From contig ADNK01000072.1 of assembly GCA_000320545.1 (NCBI GenBank), positions 1 through 36,479 of the forward strand: a stretch of 36,479 nt of DNA, written 5' to 3'. Below are positions 35,227 through 36,479 of this stretch, in pieces. Source of the DNA: Bigelowiella natans CCMP2755 (Eukaryota; Protista; Cercozoa). Below the pieces are notes generated by a model. That model made no database searches, was not told the DNA's origin, and saw only the letters and a list, made by a program, of their open reading frames with translations. A program made the position numbers and the translations under genes. Numbering within the stretch: the first letter of the stretch is position 1; every line of letters begins with the position of its first letter.

Positions 35227-35384
35227 TCAATGGCAATGGCAATGGCAATACGATTTTTCTACCGACCTTCAAAGCATTGACTAGGTACGGAAACCTAAGA
35301 TTTACATCCATATTTTAAATACAGATGCCAGCTACCTCCTGATGACTACAAGTGTGTGTAGTATAGTATATGTTCCGTTACACG

Positions 35385-35422
<38 letters not shown>

Positions 35423-35534
35423 GTACATGTATACATGCTCGTATAATAAACAATTGCCTTTTGTGGGTGAAAAAGTAGCGGTTAATGCACTGTTGGAACC
35501 GAATCCATAGAGGTAAAGCCGACAGCAGCGGAAT
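33023..35534 (-). CDS. EXS-domain membrane protein (XPR1/SYG1/PHO1/ERD1 family), 3' part; gene probably continues towards or past the window end
   Basis: Exons 35534-35458, 35294-35267, 35065-35009, 34862-34767, 34494-34430, 34158-34066, 33779-33729, 33614-33563, 33379-33331, 33213-33023 splice in phase to LPLWIRFQQCINRY..KRFPYLVNALKY...STIYTFVWDITMDWGL...LREKRLFPYKHFYYWAIVSNLVLRFSW...FFELFRRFQWTILRVEYEH, the complete EXS motif series. Exons upstream of 35534 are not resolved. Confidence 0.88.
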
Positions 35535-35605
35535 CTGACGATATGGTCCCATGCACACACACACACACCCATACACACACGCGCGCGCGCGCACAGGTGG
35601 GAGAG

Positions 35606-35645
<40 letters not shown>

Positions 35646-35788
35646 AAAGAGAAGGAAGATGAAATAACGGAATAACAGTTGTTGTGTATTTGGTCACAAG
35701 CGTCCATCGTACACTATCTAATGCTATACTGTCGGTTTTTCCTCATCATCATCACTCACCCTCTTCTTCTCCTACTCGTATACACTTA

Positions 35789-35833
<45 letters not shown>

Positions 35834-36041
35834 TGATATTTGAAGTGGCACACGGTACCATGACTGAATCCGAGGACACCCACTTCCAGAATAGCAGGGC
35901 GCTCTTTTTAAAGGCAAGGAGGAGGATGGGGAGGAAGGGGAAGAGTAAACAAGCATGATAGTCGTCTAAATACGTGCTCACAGGACAACATATTAGCGAA
36001 TCGGAACTCCTCTCGCCCTGGAAACATCCAAATATTTTGGG

Positions 36042-36098
<57 letters not shown>

Positions 36099-36479
36099 AC
36101 TTCCGCAGCCGAGTTCTGCTCTGTGGAAAGCTCTTCGGTCTGCTCCAGCGATACCATATCCTGTGGGGCAAACCGCCTACAGCAATACGAAGAATACGCG
36201 GATTTTATGCTACAAAAAACCGGGGGAAAACAATGATCATTCGAACAGCAACCACATATATTTTTGGTAAAAAACAAAATTGGAAAAATCAATGAGATCG
36301 GGGTATCTAACGGAGGGGGTCAGCATGGAACTCGCGCCTGTACGTCTACTTCGTCACCGTGAGTGCTTGAAATTGGGCCAAGAATATCACTAGCTCAATG
36401 GAATACCAACGAACGACATGCCAGACATCGATCCATATCTGGGGACAGGGAGAGGGGAGGGGGAAGGGGAGGGGGAGGG

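Noticed and set aside
35700-36479. Further upstream exons of the EXS gene
   Set aside because: Several acceptor-like sites exist, but I could not fix frames or family motifs, so no coordinates are claimed.

Overview
Eukaryotic, intron-rich nuclear DNA with microsatellite-filled introns. A bipartite signal+transit-type leader on one gene suggests an alga with a secondary plastid, possibly a chlorarachniophyte (inference). Splicing by hand gives six genes: (1) the 3' end of a + strand membrane protein ending in a CaaX box (CVVM); (2) a 4-exon, 139-aa hypothetical protein on the - strand; (3) a 10-exon ankyrin-repeat gene (3903-7431, +; 328 aa) in which eight internal 99-nt phase-1 exons each encode exactly one repeat, the introns are homologous mosaics, variation is concentrated at the binding-surface codons, and the protein ends in CCVLL; (4) a 2-exon, probably plastid-targeted DUF3110-like protein (-); (5) a giant HERC-like HECT E3 ligase (10832-31878, +; about 6,160 aa, 15 exons) with CUB-like, three discoidin/SUN-like, two SPRY, RCC1, two LamG-like and two UBA modules and an apparent PDZ domain inserted inside the HECT domain; (6) the 3' part of an EXS-family (XPR1/PHO1/ERD1) gene (-). 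The best candidate for an undescribed system is the ankyrin locus, which looks like a natural DARPin-like, exon-cassette-diversified, membrane-anchored binder. All exon models were derived by eye and need RNA-seq confirmation.
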